The notes beneath the pieces were generated by a model. The model made no database searches, was not told the DNA's origin, and saw nothing but the letters and a program-made list of their open reading frames with translations. Shown here piece after piece: positions 13,776-27,103 of a DNA stretch of 64,000 nt; positions within the stretch are counted from its first letter, which is position 1; each line of letters starts with the position of its first letter. The stretch lies in contig OX597819.1 of assembly GCA_951406725.2 (NCBI GenBank), positions 100,812,001 through 100,876,000 on the forward strand. Reading direction: 5' to 3'. The stretch is from Octopus vulgaris (lineage: Eukaryota). The position numbers were made by a program, and so were the translations under genes.

Positions 13776-14439
13776 GTGTGTGTGTGTGTGTGTGTATAGT
13801 CTCTGACTAATAATAACCCCTCTCTAAATGGTGTAGTCGGCTCCTACTTGGACAAGCAAAAAAAAAAAAACTTGTCCATACTGGTACGCTGCGGGACTGA
13901 ATCCGGTTTCGTGTAGTTATGAAGCAAGCAAGCTTCTTATCAAACAGCCTTGTTGAGATATACATATATATGTAAATGTAAGTATATATATATATATAAG
14001 AAATAATGGTGTCATTGAGATCCAAAGGTGTCAGGTAATGCTGAATAAGTGCTATAGACAGACATTATTACCGAATCTGGAACTTAACTATGGTCTATAT
14101 ATATACAACTGGTACTTAATTTATCGACCCCGAAGCGATGAAAGGCAACGTCGACCTCGACGGAATTTGGACTCATATAAATGGGAGGAAACATAGAAAC
14201 TTGAAGAAGTATATACATGAAGAAGTTATATTTGTTTAGTCCCCTTCACAACAAGCTATTTGCTACTCTAATACCTACAATATTCTTCTCCCTACTCGAA
14301 CGGCTATATAGATATTACACTAGAGAACATGCGTACTGTAACATCTTAAATAGCAATGCCATTGAGCTGTCTTTTTCTATCGCCCTCAGCATTGCAAATA
14401 ACATAGCTTCCTCCAATAAAGCCATGATTAATAGAGTAT

Positions 14440-16000
14440 AGAGTGAAAATTATCTTGAAGGTCTGGTTGTAATTGGATTAATCCTCTAATTTTATGGATA
14501 TTCAATCACACGACTTTCAGAAACAGCTCTTTCTTATCTGTAGTATCAATGTGATTGTTTATTTCTAAACCAGCAATAAGGTAAGTCCCTCGAAAATCTT
14601 TGTGATATCCAGGGTGGTTATCAAGACTTGCATGTGTGTGTGAACACCACGAACAATATGTTTCATCTTAACTCTCTATGCATAAACTACTCATATTTTT
14701 TCCACAAAGCATCAACGTCGATACTAATGAACTAGCTTCAACCCTTTGTATTTGATCCATCCATATATTGTGAAACGAGCCTTTAGATTGTGTAACGGAC
14801 CAATTCCAATTTTTAAATACCAAGCAAGGCTTCCTTCCATATGCCCACACTGGACAATGTAACGAACACGGATCCACAAATATAATCTTTCTCTAATCTT
14901 TTCTTTGTAGAATATGAACTACTCACCGTATTTGTAAAGACAGGGGTATGTAACTCTCTTTGGTCGTTCGGGAATGTGTTTGGGGGCAATAACGTAGTAG
15001 CTGCCATAATATGCTCCCACCATGTTTTTATGATTTTATCTTTGTATCCCGGACCCAACTTAATATCGAGTACCTCATTTCACTATCGCTATTATTCCTG
15101 ATAATAGCGATAGTTTTCTTTTATTTGTTTAAATGTCTGTTGTGACTGCTCGCTCATTTGCATTCATGTTCATTTCTTTTATGTTTTGGTTTTTCAAGGT
15201 GAGTTTTTATTGTGTTTAAAATTCTTGCAATGTTATCTCTCTCTCTCCTCTCTCCCCTCTCTGTCACTCTTCCTCTGTATTTCTTTTTCTTTCTCTCACA
15301 CTCTCTCTCAACTGCCATTTTTCTGCTTATATGAGCATGCTTAAAATAGGCCTGTTCATTTAGGCTATGTTAACCTCTCTAACCCATATTTCAATAAAAT
15401 TTACACCCATTCACATTTCTTTCAATATTAAATTCGAAAAGATAATGAAAGAAGACGATAAGAGGTTGTTGAAAATGGAGAGTGTCATTTCAGTCCTTTC
15501 TCTTGCGTAAATCACACAACCACTTTTTCCGTCTCTGCTTGACAGCTAACTGGAAACAAAAATAGTAAGGGGATTTTCATACGGCACACGGCCGATCGTT
15601 GGAGCCATACCACTTTCGAAGGAATCATCAGAAATCATCAGGGTTTAGGCACTGAACACTGCATGCAGAAGGTTTTCTATTAGCAGCATGTACACAGGCA
15701 CTCTGAAGTAGCCCCAAACCCCGAAACCATGCCAAACTATAGATATCTTTAAGTTATCTAAGATTCTACCAGAAAGTTCTCTTGTGCAAGCCAACCAATT
15801 GATAAAAGTTTTTCTAGAGCAGCTTGAATGTTTTTAACATAACTTCTGTTAGACGTTATCAGGGAACTTTCAGTGGCAAAATTGTCTAACTTGTTGAGGC
15901 TTATGAACGCCCGACCAAATTTCAGATACCGGACACTCAAAACTGGTCCCTACTTCACCCATTTCAACAACTCCGTCAAAGTAATAACCTACACTCATAA
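14440..16000 (-). mobile_element. Fragmented CR1/L2-like LINE relic
   Basis: Minus strand 15940-15760 resembles the RT QGSVL/FADD..LQ.DL..L..W region. 14880-14460 resembles the post-RT FV.P...CPVW..E.VQ.R..Y.ERL..KI..G region. Very degenerate and interrupted. Confidence 0.4.
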
Positions 16001-16912
16001 AGAGGAATAGCATTAGTCATCTAGACAAAAAATAAGAGAGGATGCTCATTACTGGAGATTACTTACTTAGAAGCATACTCAAAGTGGGCTTAACGTGCCC
16101 TAGACAACAATGTACATTCATACATATATGTGTAAAGTTTCTTGAAAGTCAAGTGTTCTTACAATCATGTCTCACAAAAACTCCATTTCTATCCGCCTAC
16201 ATTCTCATGTGTACATACTGCATACTTACAAAGTCATACTTCACTCATTACTTGGAAAATATGTTAAAGACGCTTCTTTATTGACGATGCCATGAAAAAA
16301 CGAAATAACGCAACAGTTGCCTATCAAACAGGCCAACGTTGTAAAACTGTCGATGACGAATGTCGGTTTTTCCTAGCTGCATACTGAATTCTACTGGGTA
16401 TCTTTTATGCACACTTCATTAAATGAGTAGCATAATGTGCTTTGTCTGGTTTTCGTTTCATTTAATTGGCGAATACTACAACTTATTGACAACAGCTTAC
16501 TGTTATATTTAACGTCATGGTACATAGACCTTTGTTTTGTTTTCGCTTTGTTTTCATATTGTCAGTATTAGCTGCTAGTTTAAACATACATTTTCGCTAT
16601 TATTGTATTCTGCTCTTGCTTGCAAATGTCTTGTACAAGTTCTACTTGTGCTTCTGTAGCATCTCCCCACAGTAAACTGCCCAAAATCCGTAACCTGCGA
16701 CAGAGGTTCTGTTTCATGCATCGAAACTAGGGAATCTTTAGCAAGACAGCTGATGTAAAGTAAACTATATTCATTTCATTTTTTCTTTGATTGGTTTCAG
16801 GTTCAGTCCCAGTGAAGTGTCATCAGTTTCAGCCCCGACCGCCTACTATCTTATAAATCAAGAAATTTAATAGGTAGTCGAAAAATTGCAAAGTAGCACA
16901 TCATATATACGC

Positions 16913-16943
<31 letters not shown>

Positions 16944-17141
16944 AAGATTTTTATTAATGACTACTTCTTGTAGCTTGATTTCAATTTGAGCACCATTTTC
17001 AAAACGGTTATATCTGAATTTTTGAATGTTTCAAACGATACGCAAACAGATTATACACAAACACACTTATACATACTCACATATATATTTATACAACAAG
17101 TGTGTGCAGATATATTTATATATATATAATACTGTGAGTTT

Positions 17142-17195
<54 letters not shown>

Positions 17196-17354
17196 GAAAC
17201 TATACAGCCTACAACTGATGAAGTGTCATTCTTTATGTTGTTTGTTTTGTTTTCCATTTGTGTCTTTCCTTGTTCGAAAGACTAGTTCACGTTCCATGTA
17301 CTCATGCTTCGTAGTTTTTGTTGTATACTTTTCGTGACGTCCTGTGCCCACATC

Positions 17355-17399
<45 letters not shown>

Positions 17400-17440
17400 G
17401 TTTAGATGCTAGTATGTAAGATATACGTATGTATATATCC

Positions 17441-17488
<48 letters not shown>

Positions 17489-18316
17489 ATATATATATAT
17501 ATGTGCGTGTGTACATATATATATATATATATTAATATATGTTTGTATTACATGGTTTAATCAAGCATATATCACTTACACATATACTTAAGTAAATACA
17601 TACACAAGCACACATATATATATTACATATCTGTGTATATATGTGTGTGTAATACATAAATATATACACATATGCATACACGCATTCACATGTATGCATA
17701 CATGATATATGCGTGATTAAACCATCTAAAATATTAAGATACGTAGCAATCTGACAATCACGCAATAATTGAGGTGAGATGAACAGCAGGGACACTAAAT
17801 ATTTTTGAATACAATTACAATTGTTTTTGTTAAGTAGGGTAAGACAAAGTTAATGAGCTGTGAACAGATGTAGGGGATGGGTGGAGCAATAATTGCAGAG
17901 TGGGACAAGAGAGTTATTCAGATCTATAGAGAGACAGGAAGAGACTGAAAGAGGGAAGAGAAGAGAGAGAAGTAGAGTGAGAAGGTGAGTGATGTTTGGA
18001 GTGAAAATATGTATATATTCACGAAGATATATATCTTCAATGTTGAGCTGATTATGAATTAATGCTGCGTGTGTATGTGAATGTAATTACAGGAGATGGT
18101 GCGTGTGTTGGTGTGTGTGTTTTAGCACATTTGTAGGTGTTGTATGTGTGTATGAGTGTGTTGAATAATGGGACGTGGTGGGACGGAAGAGAATGTAAAG
18201 AAGATATATCTATAACATGTACGAAAGTGAACTCTGCCAACCCGACACTCACATACACAATGTATATGACTGTGTGTGTGTATGTGTATGTATATATGTA
18301 TGCGTGTATGTATGTG

Positions 18317-18351
<35 letters not shown>

Positions 18352-18379
18352 ATATATATATATATGTATATGTATATAT

Positions 18380-18425
<46 letters not shown>

Positions 18426-18429
18426 GTAC

Positions 18430-18467
<38 letters not shown>

Positions 18468-19389
18468 TTGCATGTATAGAACATACTTATGTGTATATGT
18501 AAAAAGTACACACATACATATACATATATTTATACACACACACACACACATATATATATATATTGAGAGAGAGAGAGAGAGAGAGAGAGAAATCTAAATG
18601 TATACACAGTGTCTCTAATTGTGTTTGCGTACGTGGATGTGTTGCGTGTGTCTGATAGCATGTGTAAGCTGAATTGGCATCCATAGGCCGTATAGTTTTA
18701 ATGTTGGTGGCGGTGAATGAGTGTAAAATGAAGAAAAATGGGGGTATTGGACTAAGACATGAGAGCTGTAAATCAATTAAACACCTTCTTACATACTCCC
18801 ACACACACATAAACACACATACACACATGCAAACACGTATTGTCGTAAAAATAACGGCGGCGGAGATTAATACGAGGACGTTGCAACAAACAAAACCACT
18901 TTTACAGAGGGAAAATATACTGAACAAACAGCGAAATTTGTTTTAGACGTTTATCTAGCAATTCTTAACGAAAGACATTTCGGATGTTGAAGCCCTTGAT
19001 ACACTGTTCGGTATGTGCATGGATTATTCTGGAACGTCTTTGACCATAAGTCGACTTGATAAGGATGTGCCGAGCGCCAAATGAAAGAAGATCTACCAAC
19101 AGACATTAGTACTTAAATTGATAAACAAACATTGACAGTAATAAAGATGTGCGTAGGTCTATGTGTGATTATGTGATTATGTGATCATATTTCAAGAAAG
19201 ATTTTCTGAAGTCAAAATTTTTTAGATATATAAATAAATAAAACTCATTAAATCGGACAGTATAGGTCTCTGTATAGGTTAGCTTATTACACGTGCTTTT
19301 GAAAAACTCTAAATATTGAAGGTTCTCACTCACAGCATGAAAAACCCTTTCCAAAGGTTCCTGATATTTTGATTTTTTAAAGACCTATT

Positions 19390-19462
<73 letters not shown>
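19390..19462. repeat. (CTAT)n microsatellite (another at 19838-19980)
   Basis: Directly visible. Confidence 0.97.
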
Positions 19463-19463
<1 letters not shown>

Positions 19464-19912
19464 CTTTTGTCTTTATTTCTATCTGTCTGTCGGTGTGTTT
19501 GTATGTCTGTCCGTCTGTCTATCTATGTCGGGCAAACGAATAAATATATATAAATAATATTTCTTTCTTCTTGGTTTTTATTCCTCGATAGTGTTGATTC
19601 TTAAAACAGAGTGGTGACATTTCATAGAGAAGACCCAGAAGTTGCTCCTCTTCGATTACTGTCGTAAATAAGCTGTAGATTTCTTCAACCGAACACACGT
19701 CGTTGATTGGTTGAAACTACCTAAATGCGGCAAATTTAACACGAAATTACTTCTAGAATACGAAATTTTGTCAAACACGTTCAAAGTAAAGTGTGTTCTA
19801 CGTGAGAATAAATATTTGATTGAGATAGAATAGATCCTATCTACCTATCTATGTCCCTACCTACCTACCTACCTACCTACTTATCTCTCCTTCTCTCTCT
19901 ATCTATCTCTCG

Positions 19913-19980
<68 letters not shown>

Positions 19981-20499
19981 CTTTCTCTCTCTCTCTCTGT
20001 ATATATATATATGTGTGTGTGTATATATATATATGTGTGTGTGTGTACACTACATATTAGTGTTATAAATACATATATAAATATATATATATACATATAT
20101 ATATACATATACAAACATATATGTAGATACATAGGTAGGTAGGCGTGCGTATACGTATAAATTTGTGTGAGTGTGTGTATGCATGTACGATTAAAGGAAG
20201 ATAGATATTAATTGAAGGAGATCAACAGGCAGATACATAGACATATTTAACAGTGGATAAGAGATTAAGCTTCCGAAAATATGGTAAGTAGCTGTGTCAT
20301 ATAAATTGTTAATATGAAGTGGAAAGGGAAATGTCGAGTAAGTGGACCATATCGTAGAGTTATTGATGACAACCGGTTGAGTGATTAATAGTCTGCTTCA
20401 ACAATCTGCACTCATACAATAATAGTTTTTTGTTTTTTTTTGCAGTATTGAAACATTAGTCGTCTTGCAGTGCTTCCAAAATGGAGTACCTACATAGAG

Positions 20500-21075
20500 T
20501 AGCAAATAATCCTTGGTAAATTTCGACACAACGCCTGAAATTTGTGGGGAGCCAACTAATCAATGACATCGACGAAAGTGTTCCACTGTTACGTAAATCA
20601 TCGATCTCGAAAGGATAAAATGGAATGTCGACCTCGGCGGAATTTGAACTCAGAACGTAACGGCAGACGAAATACCTATTTCTTTACTACCCACAAGGGG
20701 CTAAATACAGAGCGGACAAAGAACGACAGACAATCGGATTAAGTCGATTATATCAACCTCAGTGCGTAACTGGTACTTATTTAATCGACCCCGAAAGGAT
20801 GAAAGGCAAAGTCGACCTCGGCGGAATTCGAACTTAGAACGTAACGGCAGATGAAATACCTATTTCTTTATTACCCACAAGGGGCTAAACATAGAGGGGA
20901 CAAACAAGGACAGACATAGGTATTAAGTCGATTACATCGACCCCAGTACGTAACTGCTACTTAATTTATCGATCCCGAAAGGATGAAAGGCAAAGTCGAC
21001 CTCGGTGGAATTTGAACTCACAATGTAACGACAGACGAAATACCGCTAGGCATTTTGTTCAGCGTGCTAACGATT
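20500..21075 (-). mobile_element. Tandem trimer of SINE B (184-bp period)
   Basis: Anchor gtcgacctcgg(c/t)ggaatt at 20627, 20811 and 20995. Confidence 0.92.
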
Positions 21076-21373
21076 GCTACATTTCGTTTAATTTTCAAAT
21101 GCATAGAAATTCGAAGAGTGATTTATCGTGTAGGCGTGTAACGACCCTTTGCCATATCTATGACTTATATACATAGATTTCAGGATTCACATATCTTGCG
21201 ACTTCTTGAATAAAATAATACTTGGCATTTAGACATCAAAACGATATCAAAAATGACAATTGCTTGACCAATGAAGGCAGAAAAATTGTCGCCAGGCATT
21301 TCTTACTCTACCATAGATATGAAGTTTTATAGATTAAAGATTTAGTGCAGACATCATCCAGTACTTTAACTCG

Positions 21374-21550
21374 TATGTATGTATGTATGTATGTATGTAT
21401 GTATGTATGTATGTATGTATGTATGTATGTATGTATGTATGTGTGTATGTATGTATGTTTGTATGTATGTATGTATGTATTATGTATGTATGTATGTATG
21501 TATGTATGTATGTATGTATGTATGTATGTATGTATGCATGTATGTATGTA
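21374..21550. repeat. (TATG)n microsatellite
   Basis: Directly visible. Confidence 0.97.
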
Positions 21551-22104
21551 TCATTGATGTACATTTGAATATATAATTATACGAGTTAAATCACCTCGAA
21601 ATCTTCATATCCCGGGTTTCTTTCGCTCAAGATTCATATGTTTGACAATATTTCATTCTAGTAAGATCGATAGTATACAATGTCAGATAAGTACAGGTAC
21701 TGATGAAATCGCCTCTTCGTTCCCATCGAAATGTGTGGCCTTATACTTCGTTTAAATATTGTTACTTATGCCTTAAATCCTTTCACGAAAACTCATGGAT
21801 ATCATAGATACATACTGATTTCCTCGCAGAAATATAACTGACATTGTGTGACGTTGTCAAAGTCGGTTAGTGTTGATAGCCATGAAAAATGCAACTAGTC
21901 GACCACAAAATTGTAGCGATTTAATGACGGGATTTCCAATTAAATTTTAAGTCATTGCTCATTGGAGTGGCAAATAACTATATCTAAAACTGTACTGGAT
22001 TACATAAGGAAATATGGAACACAACTTTATACTATTTTTCATAAATATTTCTCATGTATATATATACCATATGTATTTTTGTGTATAGCATATATATGTA
22101 TATG

Positions 22105-22157
<53 letters not shown>

Positions 22158-22221
22158 TATAGATATATATATGTATATAAATGTATACATATATATATTT
22201 ATGCATGTATGTATATATATG

Positions 22222-22252
<31 letters not shown>

Positions 22253-22635
22253 AAAAATATATATACACGCATAAACACACAGACACACACATATACATAC
22301 ACATATAAATGCATTCAAAAGGCATACTTTATACATGTACGTCTGCATAGTGATGTGTAAATGTTTTGGATACTGATTTATATGTATGCGTATGAGTGTG
22401 TGAGTGTGTGTGTATGTGTTCGTTATTGATGCATGTGAACACATGTGTAAACATTTGAATATTTGCCTCTAATGAAGTAATTACACTAGAATATGTCTTA
22501 ACTTTCACCCATTTCCTTCAATAGTCACCTGCCTTTGAATATCCGTTCTAATTCACAAAGTTTTTAAATGAAATAGTTTGGTCTTCACAACCACCAAACA
22601 TACCATTATCATTACTGTTGCTACAACTCTTCCCC

Positions 22636-22815
22636 TCTTCTTCTTCTTCTTCTTCTTCTTCTTCTTCTTCTTCTTCTTCTTCTTCTTCTTCTTCTTCTTC
22701 TTCTTCTTCTTCTTCTTCTTCTTCATTTTACTACTACTACTACTACTATTACCACCACCACCACCACCACCACCACCACTACTACTACTACTACTATAAC
22801 AACAGCAACAACAAT
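22636..22815. repeat. (TTC)n-(CTA)n-(CCA)n-(CTA)n-(CAA)n compound array
   Basis: Directly visible. Confidence 0.97.
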
Positions 22816-22989
22816 TTGTGGTAGTTGTAACAGCAAACACATGCGCTACTGTACACTTATACTTGCAGACACACGCACACACAGACACACAAGCGTACAG
22901 ACATTTATGTTATGCGCGCTTGTCTGTGCATATACTTTTCTGTGCATACATACTTGTACACATTCATTTAAATATATATATATATATAT

Positions 22990-23835
22990 AATACAAAACG
23001 GGACAAGAACGCAAAACATCCGGACAACTAGGTGATAGTAAAACGGACAACAAAACATCCAGATAGACGATACAAAAAAACAAGGACGGGTCATTCGAAG
23101 GCTTTTATCTTCAGTCAAGAACTGGATCATCCTCGCAATTTCGGCTGATTAATCTTGAGATTGCTCTACTCTGGCCAGCCCCAAGGAAAAACTAAGGTTC
23201 GAGCATTAGATTCCTTGGAAAAGGGTAGCCAATGTATACGAAAACAAGGACGGAAAAACAGACGATGTTACACGCATATAAATACAAAAATACAATAAAA
23301 ATAACAATAATAATAATAATAACAGGACATATCAACAGGCGTCTTTCGACTGTGGACGAATTGAATTCAGTTGGCGTGTGTGGAAATGAAGCCTTACGGC
23401 AGAGGGATGAATGTTGATGTGGCAGTGACCATGGTCAGACACAAAAGGGCTAGCAGTCGGCCAATCGGTCACGTGAGAAGAGAAGAGAGAGAAAAAGAGG
23501 AACAAAGGAATTAAGGAGGGGGGAGAAGAGAGAGAAAGAGAGTGAGAGAGAGTGTGTAGAAGTAGATAGACGGAAGAATCAAGGAGTGGCGAGCAAAAGA
23601 AGAGAGACAGGGACATAGTCACGTGAAAAGTGAGTAAGAAAGGCAAAGAAATGTGAGAGAGGAGGGGGAAGAAAGCAAGAACGAAGCGTGAAACGGTTGA
23701 AAAAGTTGTACAAAATTTAGTGAAATGTGTACTTACATATAAGAGAACAAAGTGTACGTACGCCGCTATATAAATATATAAAATAAAAATACAAAATGGG
23801 ACAAGAACGCAAAACATCCGGACAACTAGGTGATA
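22990..23835 (-). mobile_element. Non-coding Penelope-like element with a 47-bp terminal direct repeat
   Basis: atacaaaa(c/t)gggacaagaacgcaaaacatccggacaactaggtgata at 22991-23037 and 23789-23835. Reverse-complement homology to 41350-41610; more distant relatives at 17195-17360, 56032-56790 and 58330-58480. Confidence 0.6.
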
Positions 23836-23849
23836 CATACATACACACC

Positions 23850-23883
<34 letters not shown>

Positions 23884-23889
23884 CATATA

Positions 23890-24190
23890 TATATAACGGA
23901 GATGTATTTGCATAGCAAGTAATCTGATCTGAGATCGTGTGCTGGAACGAAAACAATTGCGGCGTGGAAGGTGTTTATAAGCCATTTAAGAAACAAACAA
24001 AGACCGTTAAATTCATTTCAACATTTAAATTTAAGTTGTCAAAATATTTTCGTCGCTTTGAGGCTGCGACCTGTTCACTGACAAAATTCTGTGCTGCAAC
24101 TCGCAGGTGGTTATTTCGAATCTCATCCGGCAATCACAAGAGATCAAATAATTTTTTTTTATTTAAGTAACAAGATTTCTTTCAACAATT
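23890..24190 (-). mobile_element. Short hammerhead-bearing element (Penelope pLTR-like) between TA-rich tracts
   Basis: About 300 bp of complex sequence flanked by (TA)/(TACA) runs and containing the ribozyme motif at 24036-24084. Confidence 0.55.
24036..24084 (-). ncRNA. Minimal type-I hammerhead ribozyme motif with G3-C8 swapped core
   Basis: Minus strand: ttgtca-GTGAACA-g-gtcgc agcctcaaa gcgac-GAAA-atat-TT-tgacaa. Perfect 6-bp stem I, perfect 5-bp stem II, palindromic stem III AAUAUU. Confidence 0.75.
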
Positions 24191-24218
24191 TCTTTCTCTT
24201 AAGCGTGATTCACGCGTT

Positions 24219-24249
<31 letters not shown>

Positions 24250-24423
24250 CCAGAGTAAATTTAAGAGTAAACGTACGTAGAAACCTGGGCAATGTTTGAC
24301 TTAGAAGATACTATATAACACTTGCTTACAATGTCATGCAATCAGACCAAATGTGAAATCACGTGATTTTAACGCGAACACCATATCTCTGGCTCCATAC
24401 CAACGCACTTTTCTTATCTTCAA

Positions 24424-24809
24424 CTAGCAGTATCGCCCGGCGTTGCTCAGGTTTGTAAGGGAAATAACTATAAAGCATTTTTAGAGAGTTATAGCCAAAA
24501 AATAGCAAAAAAATGGGAAAAAATTATGGTAAATTTTTTTTTGAGAGTAAAAAAAGGTTGAGTTGCGTCCCCTAGACAGTTTGTGGTTTGTGTTTCTGAT
24601 TCTCGACCCCATGTCGAATTTATCGATTTTTGTCAGAACTGGGGTTAACTTTTCAAAATTTTCGCTGCGTTAGTTTTGAATTATGACATTGGGCTATGTG
24701 TGTGTCAAGTTTCATCAGAATCGGTTGAAAGCCGTGGTCAGGGTGAGGGTACGAGAAAACAGACACACAGAAACACGCACAGACAAACTGCCGTTTATAT
24801 AGAGAGAGA
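24424..24809 (-). mobile_element. Non-autonomous Helitron (short)
   Basis: Minus strand begins a|TCtctctctatataaacggcag and ends with a GC-rich hairpin (cctgagcaacgccggg) + gatactgCTAG|t. Inserted at an A|T site with no TSD. Shares ends with 47333-48569. Confidence 0.88.
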
Positions 24810-25892
24810 TGATTGCAAATAAGTAGTGCTAAGCTCTTCTCTTGGCAAATGTAAGCGGCGAGGAAATTTCAAATTGCATTGCCAACTAGATCCTTTTAGT
24901 AGCTACTCATATTTCGTACTTCCGTAACTAACAGTAACCTGAAGGAGGATGTTACGAGAAAGAATTGTCGTTCAACCGTGGAATATTCAGTAATCCGAAA
25001 ACTATAATTGAGATGATGTGATCCATAAGTTAATATTAAATTGGAAGCTCAACCATATTCTATCGATGTTTATTTCACAATTGGGCAACATTGTCCACAC
25101 GCTTTTATACAATCAGTCTCTTTCCCTTATTTTTCTGTGGCTTCGGATTTCAAGGGTATTCGATTTTTTAGCAGGTCTTGCGTATACCATAGGTTTGTTG
25201 AAAGTGCAAGCTTAGCGAGAAGACGCACTCGGGATTAATAAGGAAGCCTGCAGGAGGTTGCTCGACTGGCTAGAAACATGAGCTCCAATTTGCATGAGAT
25301 CGCTGGAATTGCAAAAAACAAGAGTCAGATCTACTGAGTAGAAAACATATTGGACCAAGTATTAAATAGTCAGAGCATGCATGAGATTGCTTGAATTGCA
25401 AGAAAAAGGAGGCAAATCTTCCTCAAATAGCACCCTACTGCCGAGAAAACAACTTGGTACATTTGATAAAGATATAAATAGTCAGATGGATTATAAGAGT
25501 ACGAAAGCGTTTGACTGTATTACTGTGAATGCGACTTAGAGAGGAAACACAACGATGGGCACAACCAGGTATGTTCATATGTAAAGGTCCACATTGAAAT
25601 TTTAGTTTCAATGTTTGACATGAAAGCTAACTCGAGTAGAAAGAAGAAAATCTAACGTCTACACCACCACCAGCACTTCGTTAGTTTCCCATCTCAACAA
25701 CTCTCTACAGGCTATGCCTTTCCAACAAATAAATAAACATGTCTTTACAGTGTTCTAAGTAAATCAACACACATACATTTCTCTCACTCTAATTGTGTTC
25801 GAGATACATCTCGAGTAATTTCCTATGAAATGCTATATTAACATTACGCATGATTGCATTACAAATTTCCTCACGTTACAGTGCACAAAAGC

Positions 25893-25925
<33 letters not shown>

Positions 25926-26160
25926 TGTATGTATAATATATATAAATATATATAAACATACATATATATACATATATATATATATATCTACATACTTACA
26001 TAAATATATATATATGTATATGTATATATGTATACACATATATACATACATGTATGCATATATACGTACATATATATATAACTACATACATATATATCTA
26101 TACGTATATGTATACATATATACATATACGTATATATATACATATAGATACTTACATACA

Positions 26161-26205
<45 letters not shown>

Positions 26206-26217
26206 ATACATACATAG

Positions 26218-26256
<39 letters not shown>

Positions 26257-26379
26257 CAGAAGCAACAGAGTGACAGATGGGCCGATATGTTCGGCATTGG
26301 TAATTTTGATAAGTGCCAACGCACGAAACTCTCGGCCTTGTTGCATCTACTAAATATTTATAAAAACAACATACACACT

Positions 26380-26562
26380 GGCAGTGCAGAAGCCGGTCCA
26401 CGTGAGTCGAGACACTTAAATGTATGTTAGTAGATTGTCTTAACCTGATTTTGCCTTCGTTTGATTTCTGTAGTTTTCATCAGTGTATTTTTTTGGCGAT
26501 TTAATAAGAGTTTTGACTGTTATTTCAAGCAGGTAGACATACTTAGTATATCCTTTGATTAA
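26380..26562 (-). mobile_element. RTE-like LINE RT fragment
   Basis: Homologous to 39010-39193, whose minus strand reads TFKYLDSR (FKYLGS-like). Confidence 0.5.
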
Positions 26563-26569
26563 TTATATG

Positions 26570-26625
<56 letters not shown>

Positions 26626-26759
26626 CGCACTCCCAGAATCCCGCTAATAGCTTAGGAGTGCAATTTAGGATTTCTCGGTTTTCTGGGAATCGATTTTAAT
26701 GAAATATTCCCATTTGGTTTGCACACTATGGCCACAGCATTGTTAATTTTTCATTATAC

Positions 26760-27020
26760 AGGGCGGTGAGCTGCCAGAGTCGTCAGCATACCGGGAAAAT
26801 ACTTAACAGTATTTCGTCTCTCTTTATGTTCTGAGTTCAAATTCCACCGAGGACGCCTTTGAGTTCCACCCATTCGGGGTCAATAGATTAAGTACCAGTT
26901 GTGTACTGGGGTCGATCAAATGGATCAGGTGTATGGGACAATTTTCCTTTTTCTTTTTTTTAATTCTTTTTTTTACCCCCTCCTTCAAAATGTCAGGCAC
27001 TGTGCCTAAAGTAGAAAGGA
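26760..27020 (+). mobile_element. SINE B inserted in the left TIR of the DD37E element
   Basis: ggcggtgagctgccagag..gttctgagttcaaattcc..aagtaccagttg..gtagaaagg, flanked by attat on both sides (possible TSD). Confidence 0.88.
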
Positions 27021-27103
27021 TTATTCTGTGTGACGTCCTTTTATTTCAGGTCCTTCAGATTTTGGATGAACCATGCTAATGGCGTCTCTCCTCTCTAAGA
27101 ACA

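Noticed and set aside
15600-15650. Two minus-strand CTGATGA followed by GAAA
   Set aside because: No stem II or stem I pairing.
20500-21075. CRISPR-like regular repeats
   Set aside because: The whole 184-bp unit repeats with no unique spacers; it is a SINE tandem in eukaryotic DNA.
24935-25012. ctgaagga gga..ttac/gtaa tcc GAAA actataat motif
   Set aside because: Stem II is plausible but core spacing, stem III and stem I are degenerate.
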